Assembly: GCA_964016885.1 (NCBI GenBank)
Contig: OZ024741.1
Coordinates: forward strand, 128,402,001 to 128,466,000
Reading direction: 5' to 3'
Origin: Eledone cirrhosa
Lineage: Eukaryota
Length of the DNA: 64,000 bases
The notes under the pieces were generated by a model. That model was not told where the DNA came from. It was given only the letters and a program-made list of their open reading frames with translations, and made no database searches. Positions 28,336 through 41,354 of this stretch are shown one piece after another. Both the position numbers and the translations under genes were made by a program. Each line of letters opens with the position of its first letter. Within the stretch, counting starts at the first letter, position 1.

Positions 28336-28974
28336 AATACAAAAGTGGAAGGCCCCTATTTTTTTTTTTTTTCAAATATATATTTTAGTGTTGAATCAGT
28401 GAAGGAATTGCCGTGTCCATGACCCTTTTTAGGGTCTCTGGAATAGTTGAGAGGCGGGGAGGGGGTCACAGTATCCTCAATACAGAAACCTGATCCGAAT
28501 GCTTGCATCAAACTTCACTCCACGAAAGCATCATGGCTAAAGTTTATTTAATTAATTATTTCAAAAGATAACATTGTAAAGACAAAATAATGATATTTAA
28601 ATGATACAAAAACAATAGGAAAAAGAAAGAAGAAAAAGAACAAAAAAGAATGACGCAACGAAGGAAAGGAAGGGAGGGAGAGAGAGAGGGGCAGACTCTA
28701 CACTCCAGCTTGAGCTGTGATCTGGCTAATCTTGTGGCGTTAAACTGGATGGTAGGTTAACCCTATCATGGTACTCTATTTCAATTGACCAATGAAACAT
28801 TTGGAGGGATTTACAAAAATTACTAATTATTTTATTCAACTTCACTCTCATTTAAGAGTTAGTCTGCCTTCTGATCACAATAGGATGGAGAAGACGTTGC
28901 CTCTAACTCGCATGATTCGCTCTTGCGGGTAGCCCACTCCGTCCTGATAACAGTGAAGTTGATTGTACATTAGG

Positions 28975-29022
<48 letters not shown>

Positions 29023-29165
29023 TTATCCGTAGTGTTGTAATATGAATATTATACACAGTAGATGGACAGCTCACGTAGGGTTTGCTCGACAGTTCCAGTT
29101 GTAGTTTCAAAAGTAATCCGGAGAAAATAGAAGGATTTGAATGGATACAGTTCAGTAAAAGGAAT

Positions 29166-29286
29166 TTATTGACACGTGTTTCAATAACAGTTATATAACC
29201 TGAAAACAGCTGCTATCTACAAAGTATTAATTATGCAGACACTCAATATTTCAATGTTATTTTCAACTACCATTTCATCAGAATAA
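29166..29286 (-). ncRNA. Type I hammerhead motif with a long stem II loop
   Basis: Reverse strand: TTATT-CTGATGA-AATGGTAGTT-(~70 nt)-AACTGTTATT-GAAA-CACGTG-TC-AATAA, with a GUC cleavage triplet. Confidence 0.7.
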
Positions 29287-29869
29287 TATCATTGAGAACT
29301 TGTTTGGTTTTTATAGAGAATATTAAGAGGGAGGAGTGAAGTTGTTAGAAGAATAGTTAAGGGAGTGGATAGAAATTTTTGATAGCAGTGGGTAATTAGA
29401 TTCCCATCTGTTATTTTGTTAGTTGAGTTTGACATTTTTATAGAATATTCATTATTTGGCGTTGGTTGTATTGGTTATTTTTCTAAATCTATAGAAGGAT
29501 TAGAGATAGTAAAGATATGCATGGTTGGTTTTGTGTTTGCACTTAATTCACATACAGACTTAAATTTTTCTTTCAAGTGTACGTATCCTTTCGCCCACAC
29601 ATAAATATATGCGTATATATACTTTTTTTTTTTAAAACATACACATTCACACATATACATATATGTACACCTCTACAAATACATACACTCACATACACAT
29701 ACTAACATGATCATACCTACATACACATATACCTGTACATATATATATACATATATATACATATATATATGTACATATATACGCATTCATGTATATACAC
29801 TTTCATACTTTACTTATCTTCATATACACACATATTGACACACACATATATACATACATACTCTTGTCC

Positions 29870-29924
<55 letters not shown>

Positions 29925-30072
29925 CACATATACATGAATACACATACATTTAATTATACACATCAAACATATATATATATATACACTCACCCACTTATTT
30001 ACTTATTTATATACATTTTCACATATATACATACATATGGTCGCTTTTAGACACATTCATTATAGCATATTC

Positions 30073-30117
<45 letters not shown>

Positions 30118-30124
<7 letters not shown>

Positions 30125-30771
30125 AAAAATATGGGAGAAGAATACTGCATGGTTGCACATGGATAACATGTTATAAAATGAGTCCCTCATCAGTGATTTG
30201 CCAACGGTCATTGGTATTTCATTGCATTAAAAATCATATACCTCACGTTGGTGCAATAATAACTAAAATAAGTTATTAGGACAATTAAAACGCGTAAAGC
30301 GAGTGAGACCAGTAAACAACACAGGGGAAAGCTAACCGAAGATAGGAAGAAACACAAGCTACATAGTTATTCTATCAGTATAAGCTGGGTGAATATATGA
30401 GCGAGTAAGAAATAGACCTTTCGCGATGAATCCGATGTAAGAAAGAAGGAAAATCGTTTTCGTAGCGAACGGGGGGAAGTGAGAAGGGGAGAAACAGTGA
30501 GTGAGTGAGTGGAAGTGCGAGGAAGAGGTCAGTAGAGAGAAAGTGTTAACTGACATGACAGAGGGGACGAAAGAAAGTAAGAGAAACAGAGAGAACGAGG
30601 GAGCAGTAAGAGAGAGAGAGAGAGAGAGAAAAACAGAATCGCAGTTTAGGTAAATATATGTGAAAAATATGGGGAGAAGAATACTGCATGGTTGCACATG
30701 GATAACATGTTATAATATGAGTCCCTCATCAGTGATTTGCCAACGGTCATTGGTATTTCATTGCATTAAAA

Positions 30772-30778
<7 letters not shown>
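30118..30778. repeat. TA-flanked element with ~120-bp terminal direct repeats
   Basis: 30120-30240 is nearly identical to 30660-30778. Confidence 0.8.
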
Positions 30779-30811
<33 letters not shown>

Positions 30812-31411
30812 TAAAAATAGACAAGGGTTAAAATGTCCTCTTCAGTAGTCTTCTGATTTATCGTTGGTATTTCGACGCATTAAAGACTAGATACCTAAAA
30901 TCAGTGCGAGCGATAACTCAATTGGGAAAACGGAGGGAAGAAAACAAACACATGGTGGTATGCAACGAAAAGAGAGGAAAAATAGAGACAAGTCAATGAA
31001 TTACGTGGGCATAAGCCCGACATAACAAATTGACGAGGAGAAATAGAGACGTCCGAGCTGTGAGAAGATTGAGAGAGGAAAGAAATTCAAGCAGGTCAGA
31101 CGGGAGGAAGTGAGAGGGGAGGAGAAGCAGAGAGGGAGTGAGTGAAAGTGGGAGGAAGGACCAGCCGAGAGTGAGTGACCAGCAGCAGGAGTTGAGGAAG
31201 GCAAGAGGTGAAGGAGAGAGAAAGGGTGATAGCAATAAGGTAACAGAAAATATACGAATCACAGCGAAGGGAAAAATTATATATTTATATATATATATAT
31301 ATATATATATGTGTGAATGAAGTAATTCCGTCGGAAAAGTCCAGGAAAAAAGAGTGCTCTATGTAGGTAACAGTGCTTAATAGTTATGTAATAAACAACA
31401 TAAGGCAATTA

Positions 31412-31472
31412 TTTCATTTACCAGTGGTTTCTTAAAAGCAAAAAAATGTCGCTTTCAATCATCAGAATGAAA
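31412..31472 (-). ncRNA. Type I hammerhead ribozyme motif (left arm)
   Basis: Mirror of 31554-31614 with an intact core. Confidence 0.8.
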
Positions 31473-31553
31473 AAAATCCTGGTGTATTTATTGGCGTTGG
31501 ATTTTAAAAACGTGGGTTTTTAAAATCCAACGCCAATAAATACACCAGGATTT

Positions 31554-31614
31554 TTTCATTCTGATGATTGAAAGCAAAATTTTTTTGCTTTTAAGAAACC
31601 ACTGGTAAATGAAA
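31554..31614 (+). ncRNA. Type I hammerhead ribozyme motif (right arm)
   Basis: TTTCATT-CTGATGA-TTGAAAGCAAAA..TTTTGCTTTTAA-GAAA-CCACTGG-TA-AATGAAA. Confidence 0.85.
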
Positions 31615-31639
31615 TAATTGCCTTATTTTGTTTATAACA

Positions 31640-31718
<79 letters not shown>

Positions 31719-31836
31719 ACGATATTTCCTAATATATATATATATGTATGTAAAAGGTCAACAGAAATAACAACACAATCGGTATAGTATATGGAAGGGA
31801 TATATTAGGTTAACGCTTGATATAGCAGGAAGAGGG

Positions 31837-31872
31837 TCTTAACGTTTCGGACGCCAGTCCTTCATCAGAAGA
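31837..31872 (-). ncRNA. Minimal type I hammerhead motif
   Basis: Reverse strand: TCTT-CTGATGA-aGGACtggcGTCC-GAAA-CG-TT-AAGA. Confidence 0.75.
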
Positions 31873-32604
31873 AAGAATGAGAAATATATATATATATACA
31901 CACACACACGTTTGTTGTATACACACACGCACATCCAAAACCAAATCACTATGTTCTCTAAAGAGTTACCTCCCTTACACCCTACCTAATACTTTTTCTT
32001 ATATAAATGAATTACCCCTCTCATTTCTCTCTCCCCTACCTGGCCACCCTGAATTACCTCCGCTTGCATATTAACTCTCTAAAAAGGGAAATCGTATCAA
32101 ACCCCAGACTACCATTTGCCTCCATCATGGATCAACTAAGCACTCTTGCCATAATAACACATTTTGAACTGCTTATCTTCAAGGACTATGCCTGTAAATA
32201 ATATTATTTTTTCTTTCCCATTACCTTATCATGTTCCACATTACCTCCTTTTTTTCCTTTTTTCTTTTCTCTTCAAAAAACCTTGTTTGTAAACATTATT
32301 CTTTCTTCACAATTTCCTTAACATGTTCAACTTCACCAACATTTTAAACCAATACAAATTCCCCCATTTGATAATGCATAAAATGCTGAAACCGGTAATA
32401 GACAATTATTAAATAAATAAATAAATGCCATTGTTAATTAATAAATAAATTAACTAATACCTTAACACTTCAGACAAAGTAAAATATTTTGTTTTAAACA
32501 TTTTCTAACCCAGAAAAAAGAGAAAAAAATAAAAAGGAAAAAAAAAAAATTTTTCTTCCTAATAATCGTCTTTTTCTCGCTATTTTCATATATATTTATT
32601 ACAC

Positions 32605-32642
<38 letters not shown>

Positions 32643-32675
32643 GGAGAAAGAGAGAGATTTTATATATATATATAA

Positions 32676-32852
32676 TTGTTTCTACTTTTTGGCACAAGGC
32701 CAACAATTAACCAGTGTATTACTGGTACTTTATTTTATCGACCCCGTAAGGCAAAGTTAACCTCGGCGGGATTTGAACTCAGATCATAAAAGGACGTAAC
32801 TCTATGCTTCAAAGCATGGTGTCCGACTCTCTACCGATACTGCCAATCCACC
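32676..32852 (-). mobile_element. tRNA-derived SINE, family A
   Basis: Reverse complement of the 4723-4912 type. Confidence 0.85.
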
Positions 32853-33169
32853 AATATAATTATTACAATATAGATTACTTCCAGATTCCCAGCTCCCTTA
32901 TTTTTATAAACGATATTGTCTTAACTGTATCTTCTATATGACATTGTCTTTATAGTATCTTCTACTCACATAAGATACTCGTATAAGATATTATATTACT
33001 AAGATAGTAACTTAACACAAGCCTTCCCAAACTTTGAAAAATTGTGACCTGCTTTTTTTTATATAAAAGAAAAATATCGCGACAAACCGCGCCCCCCCCC
33101 CCCAAACCACCACCACCACCACTCCCCGTTTGGTAAAATAAATTCGCTGTGGCATTATTTTAATAAATA

Positions 33170-33640
33170 TGTAGAGCCTCGGGCAAATGCTTTGTGGCAT
33201 TTATTTCGACTCTTTACATTCTGAGTTCAAATCCCGCCAAGCTTTGCTTTGCCTTTCATCCTTTCGGTGTCTAAAATAAAGTACCAGTTATGCACTGGAT
33301 CGATCTAATCGGCTTTCCGCTCCTCCAAAATTGTTGTCTTTGTGCTTGGGGTCGATAAAATAAAGAACCAGTAATGAACTGGGTAATTGCTGGCCTTGTG
33401 CCTCAAGTAGAAACAATTATTTTAATATGGCAGATAATATTTTAATAAGGGCGGTGGATTGGCAGTATCGGTAGAGGGTCGGACGCCATGCTTTGATGCA
33501 TAGAGTTACGGCCCTTGTCATTCTGAGTTCAAATCCCGCCGAGGTTGACTTTGCCTTTCATCCTTATGGGGTCGATAAAATAAAGTACCAGTAATACACT
33601 GGTTCATTGCTGGCCTTGTGCCAAAAGTAGAAACAATTAT
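33170..33640 (+). mobile_element. Two to three adjacent family A SINE copies
   Basis: Full copy at 33449-33640 and diverged copies upstream. Confidence 0.8.
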
Positions 33641-33856
33641 TTTAATATGGCAGAACCTTTCGGCACGGTTATTATTACATTTCAAACGCGATTTCAACTT
33701 AAGACGAAGATAACCAATTTCCTCCTCCTACGCACTAATAACTTTAACAATTCACCACTTTAAAATAAATGGTCACTCAAAATGCCAGAAATAGCAACCA
33801 AATCTCCCTAAAAATCACGCCTTAGGAAGAATATATTGTGTAAACTAAACCTCATT

Positions 33857-33891
<35 letters not shown>

Positions 33892-34487
33892 CGACCATCT
33901 TATTTTATCTCCATCGTAATCCTTCCTCCTCCTCCTCCTCCTCCTCCTCCTTGTTCCCACCATCATTCAACTCCACCAATCTCTCACTCACACACACAAG
34001 ATCATCCATTCAAACTACCACAATATCAACACCTCTTCCCTTCTCTACCTCCCTACTTCACACAACGACACCTTCCCACAATCATCATCCTCCCCCATCC
34101 TGTCGTCAATCACTCACACAACAGACATACACACAATAATCCTCACCTCACACTACCACCATACTAACACCTTTCTCTCTGTTGTCCACCACCACCTGTA
34201 CCGCGCCGCTGCCACCCTCACTCCACCCCACCAATCACTCGGTCATATACAGAATAATCCTCACCTCACACTACCACCCCCTCCTCCCTACTATCTACCA
34301 ACCACCTGTACCCCGCTGCCACCCTCATACCATCCCGCCAATCAACATCTGTACCAAAACCATTCAACAAACCGCAGTCAACGGAAGTTGGAAACCAACA
34401 AAAAAGTAAGCAATTTGAGGAAGTCTACATGTTATTGTTAAGTTAGCGAAGGGTGGTAAATTTATAGAGAGTGGAAGCCCATACATG

Positions 34488-34751
34488 CAGGGGCCTAGTT
34501 TGCCTTAAAGATGTGAGGGGGACAAACCAATATTTGTTGATTCTTAAAGGAGCATACATTGCTTATGATGCCTTTCCTGGACCCTACTACATAAGTAAAA
34601 TTTCTCGCTAATTAAATTTTATATTTTCAAATGAAGTTCAGATATAAAAAAAAATAAGCTTAAAAAGAATTTATTATATCAAATAAATAAAAAATAAAAT
34701 ATAGACGTTTGAAAAAGTGGTGGAACTTGTCCCCTGGTATCAAGGCCCTTG
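34488..34751. mobile_element. hAT-type MITE (264 bp)
   Basis: TIRs CAGGGGCCT / AGGCCCTTG. Perfect 8-bp TSD CATACATG at 34480-34487 and 34752-34759. Subterminal inverted motif GGGGACAA / TTGTCCCC. Confidence 0.75.
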
Positions 34752-35446
34752 CATACATGGCTGCTTGATCTGCTAGAAATAGTCGTTAAATGAAATGTGT
34801 GTGTGCGTGTGCGTGTGTGTGTGTGTTGTTTTGTCTGTTCGCCTTGTGGTGGCAGCAGACAGAATGGAGAAGACATTGCTTCGGAAGATGGAAAAGCCAC
34901 TCCACCTCGCGGGATTCGCTCTTGTAGGTAACCAACTCCCGGTAGCAGTGAGCGGGGATGTAGTTCGGGGGCCAAGAACACCGGAAGTCTTCACTGCCAC
35001 AAGCTCGACCACAAGCCTATCAGAGAGCAGCGAGATACTTCGACAGTTTGCCCTCTTTAGCCTGGCGAGCAGTGAACCCTGGGTTAATAACTGGAAGACG
35101 AGCTTAGGCAACCAGACGAAGTGTTTTGTGGATATTTCTTCTGACTCTTTACGTTCTGTGTTCAAATCCTGTCGAAGTCAACTTTGCCTTTCATCCTCCG
35201 GGGGACGATGACATAAAATATCAGTCAATTACTGATTGGGTCGATTTAATCGAATATTCGCCTTTCCTTTGGACTAAAATCACAATCAATTTTGTCAGCT
35301 GAGTGAATTAGAACAATGTGAAATAAATTATATTCCTGAAGGACACAACGGACTGCAGTTGATCGAACTCATAATAATAAGACCGTGAGCCGATCACTTT
35401 AACCACGAAGCCACACGCCTTCATTGCATTTATAAACTACACAGAG

Positions 35447-35665
35447 GGAGGTGGATTGGCAGTATCGGTAGAGGGTCAGACGCCATGCTTTGCAGCATAG
35501 AGTTACAGCCCTTTATGATCTGAGATCAAATCCCGCCGAGGTTTACTTTGACTTTCATCCTTACGGGGACGATAAAATAAAGTACCAGTCACGCACTGGG
35601 ATCGATTTAATCGACTTTCCCCTCCCCAAAAATTGCTGGCCTTTTGCCTATATAAGAAACCATTT
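35447..35665 (+). mobile_element. tRNA-derived SINE, family A
   Basis: Same head and body as the other family A copies. Confidence 0.85.
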
Positions 35666-37518
35666 ATAAACTACATACAAAATATGGCGCGTGGCTTATT
35701 GGTTAACGTGTTCAACTCAGAATCGCGAGGTCTTGATTTTGATTCCTGGCTCTTCCAGTTCACTCAGCTGGCAAAAATGAGTTGTTCTTTTAATTCAAAT
35801 GACAAGCCGGTGTTACGCTGAAAGTACACAATGCTCAGTCACTTACGCATTCGTTTAGATACAACAACACACAAAATATTTGAGATTTTTCGCCTATGTT
35901 AGATGACAGAGTTATGGTTAGAGTGAGAGGAAAGAAAGGAGAGAGAAAGAGGGAGAGGAGGATAAAGAGAGAAAGGGAGAGATAGAGGGAGAATGAGAGA
36001 GAGAGAGGAGGAGGAGAAAGAGGGAGAGAGAGATTGAAAGTAAACAGAGATTTGGAAACAGAAAAGCCCAGAAAGAATGACTGAAAAGTCACGTCTTTTT
36101 TCTATCATAAATGTAGGCATATTTAAAAATAACATGAAAAATATAGTATTTAGTGAAAAACTTTTCGAATGTTCTTTTTTCTCTCTATTTCATGTTGATT
36201 ACACTGGGATTAATTAACAAAATGATATTTTCTATCTAATTAGCTTGTTTGTTGCTGTTGTTATTGTTGTTGTTGTTGTTTTTTTCTGTTTATTCTAGTT
36301 GCATTTTAAAAAAATGTTGCATCTTTTTTTTCGTTAGAACGTGGCTAAGTGATCACAATCCTTTTGATCTTCTAATTAATTAATTAATTAATTAATTAAC
36401 CTGTTATATTTACTGCTGAGACAGATGAGTTTAAGCGACAAATCCAGTGAACTACTACAAAATGGTGTCGTTTGCTTCTCTGCTGGAACCGATTCGCTAC
36501 TTAAGTACGACTAATCTCACTTATGTAGGCGGAAACATATTCCACTAGCATTACAACATTGAACAGCTACGTAAAACATATTCGCAATTTTCTCTTCTTC
36601 CTCTTCTGCTTATGTCAGTGTTTCCCTTACTACATTGTATGTATGGATGTAAAATCTGAGTCAGCAAACAAACAAACAAACAAACAATAAAACCAAAATG
36701 ACATATTAATGACACATAGACGACTATGGACATTTTTTAAAATTTTTCTTTTACTTATCGATCGACAAGCTCCCACACCTCATTCGCTTATCAAGTAGGG
36801 TGGAACTCGTCAAATTATACCAAGGAAACAATGTTTCTATTGGTCTTTCTATTGTTGATACTATCTACGGTTCGTAACTCATGGCAGAAGTGAAATAAAA
36901 TGTTTTGTTCAAAGACATAACACATCACCCGACCCGGGAATCGAACTCACAACCTAGCGATTACAAATCCAATTGTCTAACAACTAAGCCACGCTCTCTC
37001 GCGTGGCTTAAAATCGTGTCTTCACACGAACAAGACATCTGCAAACTGTTGACATCAATTTTGGTGCCAGTATACATTTAAATAAACTTATTACGGTACA
37101 TTAGTGGTTACAATAGAAAGTGAGTGAAACTATGAAGGGGCCGTAACTCCGTAATATTGGATGTGTCTTGGGCACTTTAAACCCCTATCTTTTAAGATTT
37201 CAGCTGATTTTTTCCAGAGAAAGAAAGAGATATAGAGAAAGAGTCTACCCTTGTACTGGACTTGTTCAACCTCGAAAGGACGAGAGGCAAAGTTGACCTC
37301 GGCACTATTTGAACTGAGAGAGTGCAGAGAGCAAGAAACGAATACCTCAAATGCTTACTATCAGACTTTCTGACGAATCTAGCAATTTCCCGCCTCTTAC
37401 TACTCTACACATGCACACACACACACACACACACATATGTATAAATATATATATATATAGATAGATAGATAGAGAGAGAGAGATAGTTTACACACACACA
37501 CACACACACTCATATATG

Positions 37519-37604
<86 letters not shown>

Positions 37605-37773
37605 AGATGCACCATGTGTGAGTGATTATGAGGTTTCCTTCGCAATCATTAAGTTCCGGTTCCAGTCACCTTACGCAACATTTTTAGGTAAATATCATGC
37701 ACCACAATCTTTATGGGTTAAACTTGGTAGACGGACAGTGTGTACGTGTGTGTGAATGTGTGTATGTTCTGGT

Positions 37774-37805
<32 letters not shown>

Positions 37806-37891
37806 TGTATGTATGTATGTATGTATGTATGTATGTATGTATGTATGTATGTATGTATGTATGTATGTATGTATGCATGTATGTATGTAGT

Positions 37892-38210
37892 GAAGACGCC
37901 TGGCTTTGTGGTTAGAGTATTCGCAATCGTAAGGTCGTGAGTTCGATTCCCGGCGGTGCGTTGTCTCCTTGATCAAGGCACTTTATTTCACATTGTACCA
38001 GTCTACTCAGCAGGCAAAAATGAGTTGTACCTGTAATTCGAAGAGTCAGCCTTGTCACATTCTGTGTCACACTGAATCTCCCGGAGAACTACGTTAAGAG
38101 TACGCGTGTCTGCGGAATGCTCAGTCTCCTTGCACGTTAATTTCATGAGCAGGGTGTCCCTTTGATCGTATCAACTGGAACACTCATCGTCGTAAGCGAC
38201 GGAGTGTCCA
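37892..38210 (+). mobile_element. tRNA-derived SINE, family B (long form)
   Basis: B box GAGTTCGATTCCC and core CCTTGATCAAGGCACTT. The 3' body is shared with 2555-2735 and 9285-9400. Confidence 0.8.
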
Positions 38211-38953
38211 GTACAGTACTATATATATGTATGCATGTATGTGCTCATATATTATTACTTCCACAAGTCTGTTAGTGAGTTTAACCCTACTTCCGTACGT
38301 GTTACATTTGTGTATACACTGGCAACTTCCCACCAAACTTCGTATGCCCAACGTATTGTTTTAAAATCTGAGATGAATATAATAAATAAATTACTAGTAA
38401 AAAAAATTTCTAAATGTTAGATTGGTTTATGAATCACCTTTCTACTATTCCGGTTTACTCTGGTTAACAAATCATGTATTGTGACAATTCTGTTGAAGCT
38501 GGAACAACGATGTGAGTTATGATTTGGTTATCAACATTTTATGTTTCGTGCAAGACATACTTTGTAGGGAGGGAGGGGTGGTTCTCTTTCCTGGGGTAGC
38601 CTTCAGGAGGAAGTTATGCATATGTTTGTATTTAATGCACGTATGTGTGCATTCAATTTTACACACATACACACAAATGCACACACTCATACATACATGT
38701 ATATATATGTATATATATATATAGGAAGAATATGACCCGACGGCAGAGCTCAAGTCGTTTCGACGGCTATTTCTGGACTGTATATATATATATATATATA
38801 TATACATGTTGGTTATACACTCTAGCTCATTCAGCAGAGTGAGTGAGTTGGGGTGTGAAACTAATTATATATATTATATATTAAGTACTAATATTTTAGA
38901 ATCAGCGAGCGAGATTGAAATTATTAAAAATGTAAGCTATCGCCGTATTTTAT

Positions 38954-39021
<68 letters not shown>

Positions 39022-39255
39022 CATTTTGATGTATATTTATAGAGTATTTATCTGTTTCTATTAATTTCAATTATTTCGTTAATATTTCTGTTATTTTTAT
39101 CTGAATACAAGACCATACGTTCACTTCAAAATATTCTTTAAAAATCATGTTCACTTAAAAATAATTTTTAAATAATCAAAATATACGCAGATATGTATAT
39201 AATGTGAAATGGAACAGAAAGGCCCATATATATATACGTGTGTGTATGCATATAA

Positions 39256-39320
<65 letters not shown>

Positions 39321-39350
39321 TATACACATATTTATATGCATACACACACG

Positions 39351-39383
<33 letters not shown>

Positions 39384-39490
39384 TTGTGTTTGTGTGTGTG
39401 TGTGTGTGCGAGTCTGTGATCTATATACACTGTTCATAGACACATACGCACATATATATATACACACACTTAGATATATATATACACAAC

Positions 39491-39575
<85 letters not shown>

Positions 39576-40321
39576 CCTCTCTCTCTCTCTTCTCTCTCCC
39601 TCTCTCTCTCTCTCTCCCTCTCTGTCTCCTTCTCTCTCTCTCTATATATATATCTCTTTCAATCTACTCTCTTTTTTTCTATCTTTCTCTCTCTCTATTT
39701 ATGAAGGTACCCTGAAAAAACCCATATCTCGGGAACCCATGCTCCGATTTACGCGAAATTTGTTTTATTCCATTTGTATTCCCATTTCAGGGGCAACTTC
39801 CTTTCAAAGTATTTTTCCATTATGCGCCCTTTTGGCTGTATTACATTACAGACAAACAAGCAAGCAATCACAGAGTTTTAGTAATATATTGATAAATAGA
39901 TAGCTTTATTCCTTTACCTAGTGTTCTCGTGGGACCTTCCTTCAATATTTTCAGTTTTCCAGTCGGCTTTAGTCAGTATAGGTTTGATGTCACGTTGATA
40001 GTGTATTGTACTCGGGTTTCGTGAAATCTCTTTGGTCTTATTTTAGCTTGACACGCGGCATGTCACCCTTAGTTTATTCACACACACCTTTGGTCATCCA
40101 GTGGTCTGGATAACCAAAGATGTGGGTTCGACTCCCATATATAGGGATTGTAAGAGGTTCCTTCTGTCATTAACGCAACAGAGGTCAGACGAGCTTTTGA
40201 TTCCAGAGTCGGGTTAGATCGATACAGATCGAACTTTGAGCTGATCAATAGCGAAACGCGCGTCATTATTCAATGAAAGAAATGAAGACATAACAAATCG
40301 TCCTTGTATTATTATTATTAT

Positions 40322-40357
<36 letters not shown>

Positions 40358-40358
40358 A

Positions 40359-40389
<31 letters not shown>

Positions 40390-40522
40390 CGTATATATAT
40401 ATACATACATTCATACATACACTGTATGCATATATATACATTTTTACACTCTATCAACCAGTATGAACTGGTCATTTAGTGTTAATGTTTGAATGTGTTA
40501 AATAATACAGCCTTTTAAACAC

Positions 40523-40586
<64 letters not shown>

Positions 40587-40931
40587 GTGTTTAAAATGGT
40601 GCATTAGAAAAAGTGCCAGGACCCCATCGGCTGAGCTCCGGTCGTTTCGACAGCTTGATCCGAACTAAGTCACCAATATTAGAACGGCGGGAGGTCCGAA
40701 CTAATATATATACATACGCACATACACATACACACACATACACACACGTGTACATGCAGCACACGCCCATATTTATATATATATATAAATATGCACACAT
40801 ACACAAGTATACGTCATATGTATGCAACGTTGTGTCACACGGGCTGAGTAGACACAGTGAAATGGTGTCAGCCCAGAAAAGGAAATTGGTTGGTGGCGGT
40901 TATCATAAAGGTCATCATAGTGAAGATGACA

Positions 40932-41017
<86 letters not shown>

Positions 41018-41354
41018 ACACACACATACATACACACATATACCCACACCCACATATACACACAGACATGCACACATACGCACACGCATATACACACACA
41101 TATACACACACATATACACACAGTCATGCACACACACGCACACGCATACACACAGATATACACATACACACACGTATATACACACTCATACACACACACA
41201 CACATACACAGCTTGCACCGGTGGCTGTGGCAGTTGTGGTTGAGGTAGATAGCAGTGACTCGTTGCTGGATATGGCGTTGGTTGTTGTTGTAGTTGTTGT
41301 TGTTGTAGTTGTTGTTGTTGTAGTTGTTGTTGTTGTAGTGGTATGTGGTGCTGG

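Larger units (their letters stand above)
31380..31646. repeat. Fold-back palindrome, ~132-bp arms, loop GTGG
   Basis: 31380-31511 vs 31516-31646, with a few mismatches. Confidence 0.92.

Noticed and set aside
34795-35211. GC-richer ORF as a possible host exon
   Set aside because: It shares sequence with 28884-28950 (ATGGAGAAGAC.TTGC...GATTCGCTCTTG) and runs into a SINE, so it is more likely a dispersed repeat.
38281-38520. TTAACCCT as a piggyBac-like end
   Set aside because: No matching second terminus found.
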